This document shows positions 50,764 to 63,420 of a stretch of DNA of 64,000 bases, one piece after another; position 1 is the first letter of the stretch; the number at the start of each line of letters is the position of its first letter. This DNA comes from Blepharisma stoltei ATCC 30299 (lineage: Eukaryota > Protista > Ciliophora). The stretch covers positions 62,001-126,000 of the forward strand of contig CBFDEM010000051.1 of the NCBI GenBank assembly GCA_965603825.1, given 5' to 3'. A model generated the notes under the pieces. The model did no database searches, was not told the DNA's origin, and saw nothing but the letters and a program-made list of their open reading frames with translations. The translations under genes were made by a program, and so were the position numbers.

Positions 50764-51550
50764 TGAAATTATTAAGACAGCTGGAGATACCCTAACAGAA
50801 GTAATTACAAATTTTCTCAATTTTTGTAGATTTAAGGTATTCCTCATGAAGCAAATGAAGGTAGGACAATATTTATATATAAAGGAAAGGAGATCCAGAA
50901 GAAACAAATAACTACAGACCAATAACACTAATGAACAATATAATTAAAATTTTAGACAATGCAGAACTTAAGAAAATTGAAACAAAAATAGATATTTCAG
51001 ATATACAACATGGATTTAGAAAAGGAAAATCATGCATAGCACAGGCATTTCTTCTAAAAAGTACCCTAGAGTATCGGAAATATTACAGAAAAGACAAAGG
51101 ACAAGATTCTTACATACTCTTCATTGATTTTACTAAAGCATATGACTCTGTAAGTAGAGTAAAACTAATGGAAAAATTAAAAAAAAGAAAATTCAGGATG
51201 ATAGCTGAAAATCAATTTCTCAAATGATTAAAGGAGAAGATACTACATTGATAATCTACGGGATTGTTACAGAAAAAGTTAAAATTAGCAAAGGAGTAAG
51301 GCAAGGAAGTGCGATATCATCATTATTATTTAATGTATATATAGATGATATTAATCAAACCACAAAAATTATTAATACTGATCTATTGCAAGAGCAAAAA
51401 TTAAAATCAAAAGTTAATTTTCAATATGCTGACGATACTGCTTTTATAACTGGATCTTGACAAGATATTAAAAATTTAAAAAAACTAAAAATGATCAATT
51501 GAAAATGGCATAGACCTTAAAATAGGACCGGAAAAAAGCTATAATGCCAG
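50764..51550 (+). mobile_element. Non-LTR retrotransposon reverse transcriptase fragment (degenerate, truncated at both ends)
   Basis: Motifs KGDPEETNNYRPITL, QHGFRKGKS, FIDFTKAYDSV, GVRQGSAISSLLFNVYIDD and QYADD. Frameshifts at ~50882, ~51225 and ~51500. No endonuclease, 3' tail or TSD is visible. Confidence 0.93.
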
Positions 51551-51624
51551 TCTGATATTAATAGAATATTATTTGGCTAAATTTTAATACTCATTTAAGC
51601 TATTATCTAGATTTTCTTAACTAT

Positions 51625-54600
51625 TTAGGTGTAGACATTGGTGATATTGGTTATATTGTTGTAATTGTATATAATTGTTTCGCAGTGAGTACAATTGCAG
51701 CTTGAGTTAGTTTGGCAAGCTTTAACCCATGGATTAAATTGAGAATCAGAGTCTTTACACACGCAAGATCCTTCGATTACATTTAAATTCATATTAGCAA
51801 AATCATCACACTCTGTACAAAAGGTAGCTGAACTCGAGCACTGAGCACATGGGGGTGAACAAATCTGGCATACCCCTAAACTTGACATATAATACCCTTG
51901 GATGCATTGGCAAGTTCCAGATGTCTGATTAAAAGAAGCATATTGATCCCAGCATCTGCATGTGCCTGTGACAGTATTCAAATACATATTCGCAGGGTCA
52001 TTGCATGCAGTGCAAAAGCTATTTGAGGAACATTGGGCACATTGAGGAGGACACTGCGAAATAGGTGAGCAAGTAGTAGCTGAGCTGTAATAGTAGCCAG
52101 GGTTGCAGACACAAGAGCCAGCAGTCAAACTCGAATAAGTAGGACATTGACAGGCAGGAGGTGCTGACATATGAATTGTGTCCATACAAGTGTTGCAAGT
52201 ATTCGGACTTGTATTACAGGTAGCGCATTGCCATAGCATTGAGAGCAAGTATAAGCTGAGCTGTAATAGTAGCCAGGGTTGCAAACACAAGTACTAGCAG
52301 TCAAAGTAGAATAAGCAGGACATTGGCAGGCAGGAGGTGCTGACATATGAATTGTGTCGATACAAGTATTGCAGGTATTCGGATCTGTACCACATGTAGC
52401 GCATTGCCATGAGCATTGAGAGCAAGAAGCTGAGCTGTAATAGTAGCCAGGGTTGCAGACACAAATGCCAGCAGTCAAAGTCGAATAAGCAGGACATTGG
52501 CAGGTAGGAGCTGCTGACATATGAACTGGATCGGTGCAAGTATTGCAGGAATTAGGGTTTGTACCACATGTAGCGCAATTGCTGCTGCAAGCTGCTGAGC
52601 AGGTTTTAGAGCTATTGTAATTGTATCCAGGGTTGCATTGGCAAGCATTTCCATTCAGACTTGAGTTAGCAGGACAAGCACATAAAGGGGCAGCTGACAT
52701 ATGAACTGAGTCAATACAGATGAGACAGTTTGTTGATGAACCAGAACAACTTTGGCAATTATTCTGACATGCTGAGCATACAGTATTTGAGCTATAAAAG
52801 TACCCAGCATTACAAACACAAGTAGTCCCGATCAGAGCTGAATTGTTAGGGCATGCACAATTAGGAGCAGCTGACATATGAGTTGTGTCCTTGCAGGTAT
52901 CACATGCATTAGGGTTTAAGTCACAACTGGCACAGTTAGACTGACAAGCAGAACAAACAGTTTTAGAGCTAAAATAATAGCCGGTGTTACAGACACAGAC
53001 TGTGCCTGCCAAACTTCCATTTGTAGGACAAGCACAAGTTGGGGCTGCAGTCATATGAATAGTATCTGCACAAGATCCACAATAGGTTTGAAGGTTAGAG
53101 CAGCTAGCGCATTGTGGAGCACAAGGAGAGCACTCAGTATTTGAGCTGAAGTAATAGCCTGGGATACAAGTGCACGTTCCAGCAACCAAATTTGACAACT
53201 TTGGACATGAGCAGATTGGAGGATTTCCCATATGGACAGAATCAATGCAAGAAAAACATGTAGAGTCTGACACATAACAGGTAAAGCACTGAGTAGCACA
53301 AGGGCTACATTGACCATTAGCAGAGAAATAGTACCCATCATTGCAAGCGCAGTGTCCATAAGGGTTGACTACAGAGAGTGCTGGACATGCACAAGCAGGG
53401 GCAGCTGTCATATGAGTGGTATCAGAGCAAGTCAAACAGTTCCCAGCTATATTAGAACAGGTCGCACAGTTCTTACTGCAAGCCGTACAAGCCGTCGCTG
53501 TCCCAGAACTGTAGAAAAACCCATCATTGCAGGTACATATACCATTGGTGAGGACTGAGTTAGATGGGCAAGTACATGCAGGGGCTGCTGACATATGGAC
53601 TTTATCAATGCAGGTTAAGCAGCTATGCTCAGAGTTGCAAGTGCCACAGTTACTAGGACAAGAAGGAGAACAGACAGTATTTGAAGAATAATAATAGCCT
53701 TGGTTACACACACATGCACCTCCAGTAAGTGTTGAAAAATTAGGGCAGGCACAGGTAGGAGTGCCTGAGCTGTGAACACTGTCAGTGCATGAAGAGCATA
53801 CGTCATGGGCTACAGTACAAGTAGCACATACAGGACTGCATATAGAACATACAGTATTTGAACTATAGTAGTATCCCTTGTTGCAAACACAAAGCCCTCC
53901 AATAAGAGCGGAATTTGCTGGGCATGCACATGTTGGAGCAGCTGACATATGAGTTGGATCAGAACATGCCACACAATTAGTTGCTGAATATATACAGTTC
54001 ATGCAATTTGACATGCATGCAGAGCAGACAGTGAGGGTATTGAAAAAATACCCAGTATTGCAAACACACTCACCTTGAATTATAGCTGAGTTTGCAGGAC
54101 AACTGCATGCTGGTGCATCGCTCATATGGAGATAATCAATGCAAGTCTTACAGTTTGTATTAGATACAGAGCATGTTTCGCATTGGATAGAGCATGCTGA
54201 ACAGACAGTATTTGAGCTAAAATAGTAGCCTGAGTTGCAAACGCAATTGCTGCTATGTAAAGCCGCATTATTTGGGCAGGCACAAGTTGGCGGGCTTGAC
54301 ATATGAACAGAATCAGAACATGTTATGCAAGAGTCCTTTGTCGAGCAAGTAGCGCAATTCGATGCACAAGTAGAAAGAAGTGGCTGATATTCCAGACTAT
54401 CTAAGCTTTCTTCTATCTCTTTGGCATATTTCTCGCTTTCTCTATTAAAAATGGCACTAATGATCACTTTATTTAGCAAACTAACTTTTTTGTCTTCATT
54501 GAGTGCTTTGTATATTTTTCGATCAACCTTAATTTCAATGCTTTTTAGCTGGTTATCATTGGAGACCTCACAGACCTTAAAGCTGGTAGAATTTTGTATG

Positions 54601-54995
54601 AAATTATTGCTTAAAGAGAAAAATACTGCTAAGTCTGCTTCAATTCCTTCATGCTTCATGTAATTTTCCAGCTGAATATTCTTGCAAAGATTTTTCTCGC
54701 CAAGTTTAAGAGGTTGAGTTTGAGGCTTTACAAATAAGACTTGTTTTAAAATTTCTGATGCTTTATAGGCTGAGTCTTCTAAATCTTCCAATAAATCATC
54801 CATGTCTCCAGGCATGGAATTAATTTCTATATGAACCCGAGCTGAGCTATAAATTTCTTTAAATTGGCTTGATTCAGCCTGGATTTTAGGAAGAAACTGC
54901 GGAGTATCCTTAGGAGAAAATACGGAAGAAGCTGAAGAGAAGCCAATTCTTAAGAGGACAAGCAAGATAACGGGAGATTTATTTACCATATTCAT
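51625..54995 (-). pseudogene. Cys-rich surface protein 5 (single frameshift; could be intact if this is an assembly error)
   Basis: Close paralogue of protein 4. 1-bp deletion at ~52233 (tgc-ta-tgg versus tgc-tca-tgg in the preceding repeat). Recent triplication of a ~175-bp repeat at 52080-52600. Confidence 0.75.
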
Positions 54996-55898
54996 TATTA
55001 CCACATATTTGAGTTCAGATTACAGCTATTCGAAGAAGAATGGTAAATGCATATAGGAATTATGATATCTCATAAAAATTAATTGAATCGGAAACCTTCA
55101 GAAACATAGGAGTTAAAGAAGATTAAAACCTGTGGGAAAAATTTTTTATAATAATTAAAATAAATTTTCTTATAATTGAAATTATAATCTAGAAAATTTC
55201 AACAATCAATTTTTATAGCAATTATTTTGATAAAAATTTATTATTGAAGATAGTAAATATTTATTGATTAGAATTCTAAAAATTAAGCCATTTATTATCT
55301 TTGATTCGCTACTATTTTCTATACTTGTAATAAATGCATTTATGAAAGATAAAAGTGAAGCCAGATGTTTTTATTAATATAGAAATATATCCTCGCATGG
55401 GTTAGGGATTGGAATTTGAATTGCAAGAATAAAAACTGAAGTATTGGGAGAATTGTGAGAGTAAAAATAAATTATGGAAGCAGATAGTGATCAAATGAAA
55501 TTGAAGGAAGCCTTATGGAAATGCGATCTCATAATGAGACTATAACCGCTAAATAATTGCAATAAAATAATGAAATGCTTGCTAACTCTTTATCCCGTTA
55601 CTTTATAATACTCTCTTAATCTACTTCCGAACAGTATAGCAAATGACGGTGAAGGATGAAGACATAGGGAATAATCTCACCACACGAAATTTAAGCTATC
55701 ATAAATCTTCAGAATACTTGATTAAAACTATTTTATTATCATTTACAAAAAATTATATTAAAGACAACAAAACTATTTTTATTTAATTAAGGAAAGTTTC
55801 ATTGTTGATATAAAAATTGGCCCTTTATTCTATACTGATTTAATTAAAGGTAGGCAAATAAAATATTTTTGAAAATAATTGTTTAGGATTATTTAGCT

Positions 55899-57107
55899 CT
55901 ATTTACTATTATCTGTTCCTAAAAATCCACCCCCCAAAGTAGCACAATGAGGTTCGCATGAAGAACATACAGTATTTGAGCTAAAGTAGTATCCCTTGTT
56001 GCAAACACAAAGCCCCCCAATAAGAGTGGAGTGTTCTGGGCATGCGCATGTTGGAGCAGCTGACATATGAGTTGGATCAGAGCATGCCACACAATTATAT
56101 GCACCTGCGACGCAATTCATGCAATTTGACATGCATGCAGAACAGACAGTGAGGCTACTGAAAAAATATCCAGCATTGCAAGCACACTTACCTTGAATTA
56201 TAGCTGAGTTTGCAGGGCAGCGGCATTTTGGTGCAGCGTTCATATGGAGATTATCAATGCAAGTCTTACAGTTTGTACTAGATACAGAACATGTTTCGCA
56301 TTGCATGGAGCATGCTGAGCAGACAGTATTTGAGCTAAAATAGTAGCCTGACTTGCAAACGCAATTGCTGCTACGTAAAACCGCATTATTTGGGCAGGCA
56401 CAAGTTGGCGCGCTTGACATATGAACAGAATCAGAACATGTTTTGCAAAGACCCATTGTCGTGCAACTAGCGCAATTCGATGCGCAAACAGAAAAAAGTG
56501 GCTGATATTCCAGACTATCTAAGCTTTCTTCTATCTCTTTGGCATAATTCTCGCTTTCATTATTAAAAATGGCACTAATGATCGCTTTATTTAGCAAACT
56601 AACTTTTTTGTCTTCATTGAGTGCTTTGTATATTTTTTGCTCAACCTTAATTTCAATGCTTTTTAGCTGGTTATCATTGGAGACCTCACAGACATTAAAG
56701 CTGGTAGAATTTTGTATGAAATCGCTGCTTAAAGAGAAAAATACTGCTAAGTCTGCTTCAATTCCTTCATGCTTCATGTAATTTTCCAGCTGAATATCCT
56801 TGCAAAGATTTTTCTCACCAAGTTTAATAGGCTGAGCTTGAGGCTTTACAAATAAGACTTGCTTTAAAATTTCTGATGCTTTATAGGCTGAGTCTTCTAA
56901 ATCTTCCAATAAATCATCCATGTCTCCAGGCATGGAATTAATTTCTATATGAACCCGAGCTGAGCTATAAATTTCTTTAAATTGGCTTGATTCAGCTTGA
57001 ATTTTAGGAAGAAATTATGGAGTATCCTTAGGAGCAAAGACGGAAGAAGCTGAAGAGAATCCAATTCCTAAGAGGACAAGCAAGGCAACAGAAAATTTAT
57101 TCACCAT
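55899..57107 (-). pseudogene. Cys-rich surface protein 6, nonsense codon and 3' truncation
   Basis: CAA>TAA at ~57015. The sequence breaks after ~3 repeats at ~55938 and is fused to the conserved intergenic block. Confidence 0.85.
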
Positions 57108-58087
57108 ATTTATTATTACCACATATTTGAGTTCAGATTATATCTATTTAAACAAGAATGATAAATGCATATAGTTATTATGATATCTCAGAAAAATGAA
57201 TTGAATCGGAAATCTTCCAAAAAATTGGTGTTAAAGAAGAGCAAAACTTGCAGGAAAAATTTTTTATAATAATTAAAATAATTTTCTTATGATTGGAATT
57301 ATAACATAGAAAATTTCAACAAGCAATTTTTATAGCAATTATTTGGGTTAGCTAATTGATAAAAATTTATTATTGAAGATAATATTTGTTTATTAGAATT
57401 CTAAAAATTAAGCCATTTATTATCTTTGATTTACTACCTTCTATGCAGGTAATAAATACATTTATGAAAGATAAAAGTGAAGCCAGATGATTTTATTGAT
57501 TTAAAACTAGATCCTTGGCTTGTGAATTGGAATTCGGAATCGCAAGAATAAAAATTGAATTATTGGGAGAATTGTGAGGGTAAAAATGAATTATGGAAAC
57601 AGATAGTGATCAAATGAAATTGAAGGAGGTCTTATAGAAATGCGGTATCGTTATGAGATGATAACTGCTAAGTAGTTGCAATAAAATAATGAAGTCTTTT
57701 CTTGCTAGCTCTTCTCTCAATACTTTATAATACTCTCTGAATCTACTTCCGAACAGTATAGCAAATGACGGTGAAGGGCAAAGACATAGAGAATAGTCTC
57801 GCCAAGCAAAATTTAAGCTATCATAAATCTTCGAAATACTTCATTAAAACTACTTTATATATCATCTACCAAAAATTTATATTTAAAGATATCAAAAATA
57901 TTTTTATTTAATTAAGGAAAGTTTCATTGCTGGTATAAAAATTGGTCGTCTATTCTATTCTGATTTAATTAAAGATAGTTATTTAGAATATTTTCGAAAA
58001 TTGTTGTTTAGGATTATTTAACTTTATTTGCTATTATATGTTGTTAGAAATTGATGATATACTAAGATCTGACTAACTATAAATTAA

Positions 58088-61000
58088 TTAATTTAAATTT
58101 AAATGTTTTGAATTGTCATAACCTTGATTCTCTGAAAGATTAGAATCTATAATACTTGTATGATTTTTCATAATATTTTTCTTCAATTTTGATGATTTTA
58201 TCATCTTCCAAATTTTTGCTAAAATCCAGAAAGTAAGAAGCTTAATAGCTATCCTAATAAATGCTACACATAAAATATCCACTGCAAAGTTCAATACTGT
58301 ATTATAAATCCATTTGCAAGAAATACCAAAGTCAAATTTTACTGAAAATAAAATGATTGACCAGCAGAAAAAAATCATAAGCCAATATGATAGAAGATAA
58401 AAAATAATGCTTTTAATTTTATTCATTCTTTTTACATTTTTTATTTTAGAGTCTTCCATAGATTCATAGTCAATTTCTTCCATTTTGGCTAAATAATTTA
58501 ATATTATTCCAAGTACAAAGGTAAAACAAGTTGCATATACACTTGCCCAAAAATCTCTAAAATCGTAATTTTCCATTAATTCTTTTAAATTAAAGGTTCA
58601 TTCTGTATCAGAATTATTATTTTGATAAAAAAGTCCTATAAAAAACATATTTCCTAAAAGTAAAGTGCTGTAAATTGTGGCGAGAGAAAAATGAGAATAT
58701 TCTTTATGAGGTAAAAAAATCTTAATAAATTCATGCTCACTTAAGACTGATTTTACTCCTACATACTGATATATATTATTTTCTTTTGCTTTTAGATCAT
58801 CTGATTTTGTGTCTTCAATAGCTACTGTGACGTTATTTTCATTAGTTTGGTTTCTCAAATAATAATTTACAATTGATTCATCAGGCCGCACAATAGGATT
58901 AGAAGGGTTTTCTGTATCGATAAAATCTTCTATGCTTTCATCAAGTCAATCCATTTTAAGAGTTTTCATAGACAAAATTGAATGGAAAACTAATATTCCG
59001 ACGCAAAAATATAGTCCTATTGCATTATCTCAGTCAATATCTAAAAGGGCGCTTGCATCAATGATGTCTCCTGCGTTATTGTCTGCAAAGGAAATTCATA
59101 TTGCTTTAACCATCGCTGTAAATATACCTAAGCGGGTGCATTTACATTTTACATTAGTTTTGTTATATGATTCTAACTTGCAGTGTTCAGTTTTCCAGTC
59201 ATTATCTTCTAAATAACTACAGTTTAATGTATAAATAATAGTTCCATTACTTGAGGTAGAGTTTTGGCTAGATTTATTAGGTGGATATGGAGACGATCAG
59301 ATTTTTTCTGGGTCAAAATTTGATGCAGAAAGAATTATTGTTTGATTACTAATATTGTTTAAAGGAATTGGTGTTGAAGTAGAAAGATCTATCAGGTTGA
59401 ATGAAATAATAGACAAAGTTGCATTTTCTTCACTTGGAATTGGATCATAATTTATGAAGCTTGTCCCAACAAGGGGTTTCTTGTATAAAAAATCATTTAT
59501 ATTATGACTCAATATAATTGAGGAATTTTTTACAGTTTCTGTAAAATTTTTTAAATCATCTGTATATTGAATTGAAACTTTTGATTCTATTCTTTCACTA
59601 AAAAAATCATTTTGCTCATGTACTACCATACTTTCTAATGCCATAGCATTGATTTTACTCATTGTGTTGTCGACTTCTTTTATAGAATCCGTCTGATTTT
59701 CCAGAAAATCACTTTTAATTTGAAAAATGTTATTAGAAACGTCGACAAGAGTTTGAATTTCTTCATCATGAAGGTTACTTTTCCCATATATTTTGGCTTG
59801 GAGATTTCCAATTGCATCATCAACTCTTTTTATGTTATCTAGGGTGCTTATATGAGGGTTTTGAGTTATTGAGTTGAGCATTGTTCCTACAGCTTCAGCT
59901 GAGTCAGGATCATAAGGATTCATTGAATCTGTATAATGAAATATTGCATTTAATGCAATATCATACGAATTTTGAATACTTTGATTTATTTGTGAATAGT
60001 TGTTTTCTAGTATATATTGCCTATTAGGTGATAGTTCTGCAATTTGAGAAACATATAAAGGAATTGATGATGGTGGTGTAGCGGGTGAAAAGATTTGCTG
60101 AGTAATATTATAGACGGCTTCATCTGTATTTAAGTCTTGCTGTAATGATAAAGATATCTTAAAATTAGCTGAGATCTTTGCTGATAAAGAATCATAAATA
60201 TTAGCATAAATTATAATATCTTTATGAGAATAAGGAAACTGAGAATATAATATTGAAATAAGGTTTTTGGCATTAAGTGCTTGAAAAATATTGTTTATAT
60301 GATATCCAAATGAATACTGAAGGGGAAAATCGCCATCAGGATCAGTCCAATCTAATGCCGCAATTGTAAAAATTGTATTCATTTCAATTCCACTATCTGG
60401 AATAATTTTTAAATATCCATCACTTGGATTTCGATTTACATTAAATGATCAAGTAAATGGAAATTTATCGTTTATAAATACTTGTAAAGTATATGATTGG
60501 CCTTGGATTAATGATCCTTCTTTTATAGCTAGTGCAGCACTACTTAAAGGAGTAGCGACATCAATTGATGGACCTTTTATTGAGGATCATAAAATTTTCG
60601 TAGTAGAAGATACTTCTTTAATACCTAAACGATAAGCTCAATTTGAATTTGGCCTACCAAAATATTGAGTAATTTCATAAATATTTATTTCTGGTACCGA
60701 TTCTTGAATACAATATATGATAATAAACTTTGATGATGTTTTAATTAAAGATCCAGAGCCTCATACAACCTTATTTATTGTAAGAGTGAAATTATAAATT
60801 TCGCCTATTGATAGTGAATTTTCAGGTACAGTCAATTTTTTTGATGTACTATCTTGTATGAAATTAGAGCAGCCAATAGAATTTGTAATACAAACTCATT
60901 GATAAAGCATAGTGGAGCCTGCCCCATCAGGATCATAAGAGCTACTTCCATCAACAATTAATTGCTGATTAACCCCTATTTGCCCATCTGTTCTATTAAA

Positions 61001-63124
61001 CAAAATAACGGGTGCATTAGAATCTGTTTTAATTGTAAAATCTGCATCCCCTTCAAGATCGCTCATATAATCATATCCGTGCACATGGAATGTAATTTCT
61101 GTTAATCCTGGCAATACTTTTGGTGGAATGATTAATTGAATATTAGATGATTTATTATTTTCTCACAATGATCTTTCATCAATACTTGTCAAATTGTTGC
61201 TTACTGACGTTATAGATCAACTAATTTTTAAATTTTCTGAAAATTCACTGCAGGCTCAAATCGAGCTTATTGATAATGAGTAAGAGTTAAGCCTTGAAAT
61301 GGTTTTGGGTATCAAAGAATCAAAATTTATGACGATCTTAGGGGTTGAGTTTAAAATTATTTTTTGAGTTTTTTCTATAACCTTAAAAGGGTTTTTTATA
61401 AATAAAGAAGCTGTGATTGTTCCTTCATTTAAAATATTTTGTGGAATAGTGACGCTTTCAAATTTTGAACTATATGGCGTTGAATGTGTAGAAATTATAG
61501 AGCCTAAATCATCCGAAAAAAAATTCCAACTATATTCTTCATAAGAAAGACCAGGATCAGTAATGCCGCTAAAAATGAGACTTTGGCATGAGGTTAAAAT
61601 TTCTGGAGGAGCAATCATAATAATTTTTGGTGTTGGAGAATTCAAAGGCAAAGATATTGGCATAGATAATTGAATTGGGTCTTCTAAGCAAGTATTTTTT
61701 TTAGTCTTTAAAGCCCCACTTTTAAAATTAATAGCACTGTCTCCAGCCTTATAATTTGAACCTAAAGTGATTAATAACTGAGAAAAGTCAGCATTAAATT
61801 CACAGCGTGGATTTAGACCAAATGTTAAAGATACTGAATTATCAAATAGATTGCTGCATCCGCTAGTTGATCCAGCTGATGAGACTGTGAAATTAAATAA
61901 AATTTTCAAATAATCATACGAAAACCCAGCAGAAATATCATTATTAGTTAAATACATTCCACATTTAACGCATATATTTAAATTATCATCGTAGTAAAAC
62001 GTATTATCATTGCATATGCATGTATCCTTATTCATTACTGCATCTGCAGGACAAAAATTTGCATCGCAGCCATCAATAATACCAGAATCTTTGCAAGTAC
62101 CTTCACAATTTTTATTGCAAAGCCCACAATACCCAGATCTTAAGCAATAATTGCAATTACTATCACAAGCAACACATTTATCAGTCGTTTCATCATAAAA
62201 TTCATTTACCTTGCAAGAAATCAGACATGCGCCCAGAGATTTTGGACAGTTAAAAAAATTTTCAATATAATCTCCAGGCCACGCACGGTTATCTTTTGTT
62301 GGAATATATATAAATTCATAAATTCACCCAGTAATTCCACCAATTGATAAATCATAGTTATTAGCCTCATCTAAAAAATAATAAATCGTTGTCACATCAC
62401 TACTAGACACCAAAGTATTATTTATTCATAAATTTATGATGTGCCCAGTTCCCCTATATGCACCAGTTTTTTCGAAATCTTCAATTTTAAGCAGATTTCA
62501 ATCTGAGTTATTTGGAATGTCTGCGCTTAAAGTTGCATAGGAAGTCATTTGATCTTTGCACACTTTTCGTGCATATTCAAATCTGTAGGAAACACCTCAG
62601 ATGCTTGATACTTTAAAATAAGTGGTGAAATCTGAGTTAATATCCATTTTTCTTAGTAAATATCCAACTGCTTCAATTTTTGCCCAAAAAATTCAAGTTG
62701 TGTAAAAAGACAGGTAAAAACTGCCAGACTTTTTAGAGAGAATTTGATTAGAATTCGCAAAATAAAGTCCACGTTGGTACCCAGGCGTTGGTAAATTCGA
62801 TGGGTTGTTTATAATATCAGGTCCAGTGAAAGTGTAAATATTTGGAGAATTCGAGTCACCAATAATACTTGAGGTCGTTTGAAAATTAAAAATTAATCTT
62901 TTAGTTGCATCAGGCTCTATGCATACATTTAATCCGTCAGTAGAGACATCTCAAAGTGTTGGGCACTGACCATAGCAGAAACCCATGAAATCATAGCATT
63001 CCTCAAAGTAACTCGTTGAGCATTCTAGAGCTCCTTCAACAAAATTAACCCAAAAAGAGCTTCATTCGAAAAAAGCTAAGAAATATAAAAAAAAAGCACG
63101 GGTTGAAGAAAATCAAAATGCCAT
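58088..63124 (-). CDS. Polycystin-1-like REJ/GPS membrane protein, 1678 aa
   Basis: All sub-ORFs fall in one frame with TGA=Trp from ATG 63124. Signal peptide, LamG-like region (YQRGLYF), Cys-rich EGF-like segment, REJ-like motifs (VDGSSSYDPDG, WTDPDGDFPLQYSF), GPS-like CSY..W..C..CKCTRLG, and several TM helices. Confidence 0.8.
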
Positions 63125-63420
63125 TCTAAATTTATTAGATATAGAAATATATCATAAATATGGCATTAAGCTACTTCATTGATAATAATCTATAAAAAGA
63201 TTTGATATTATCAAAAGAGATGCTATATTGTAATATTATTGCTATTTTAAAATCTATAAAAAGCTGATATAATTATTGATAAATCAATTTTTATCATAAT
63301 ATTTAGCATAGCGCCCCTTCTTCATTCCAGGATATGCCCTTGCTGATTTTTATTGTTCCTGAATGAAAAATCAAATAATACCCAATCAGCAATTATAATA
63401 AAATATTAAATTAAAAAACT

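Noticed and set aside
50790-50797. CCCTAACA, a Blepharisma-type telomere unit
   Set aside because: Single copy inside RT coding sequence; expected by chance.
50708-51460. RT next to variable repeat genes as a diversity-generating retroelement or retron
   Set aside because: The motifs are non-LTR type (NYRPITL, YADD), the frame is broken, and there is no TR/VR pair with adenine-specific differences.
28836-55000. Periodic 'gcagctgacatatg' repeats as a CRISPR array
   Set aside because: They encode HMSAA within ~177-bp protein repeats, show synonymous variation, and are in eukaryotic DNA.
29144-56781. Many short antisense or off-frame ORFs over the Cys-rich genes
   Set aside because: They are shadows of repetitive, higher-GC coding sequence and have no independent protein features.
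12155-63124. In-frame TGA as selenocysteine or as pseudogene stops
   Set aside because: TGA aligns with TGG rather than Cys codons, and it is nearly absent from the Cys-rich genes.
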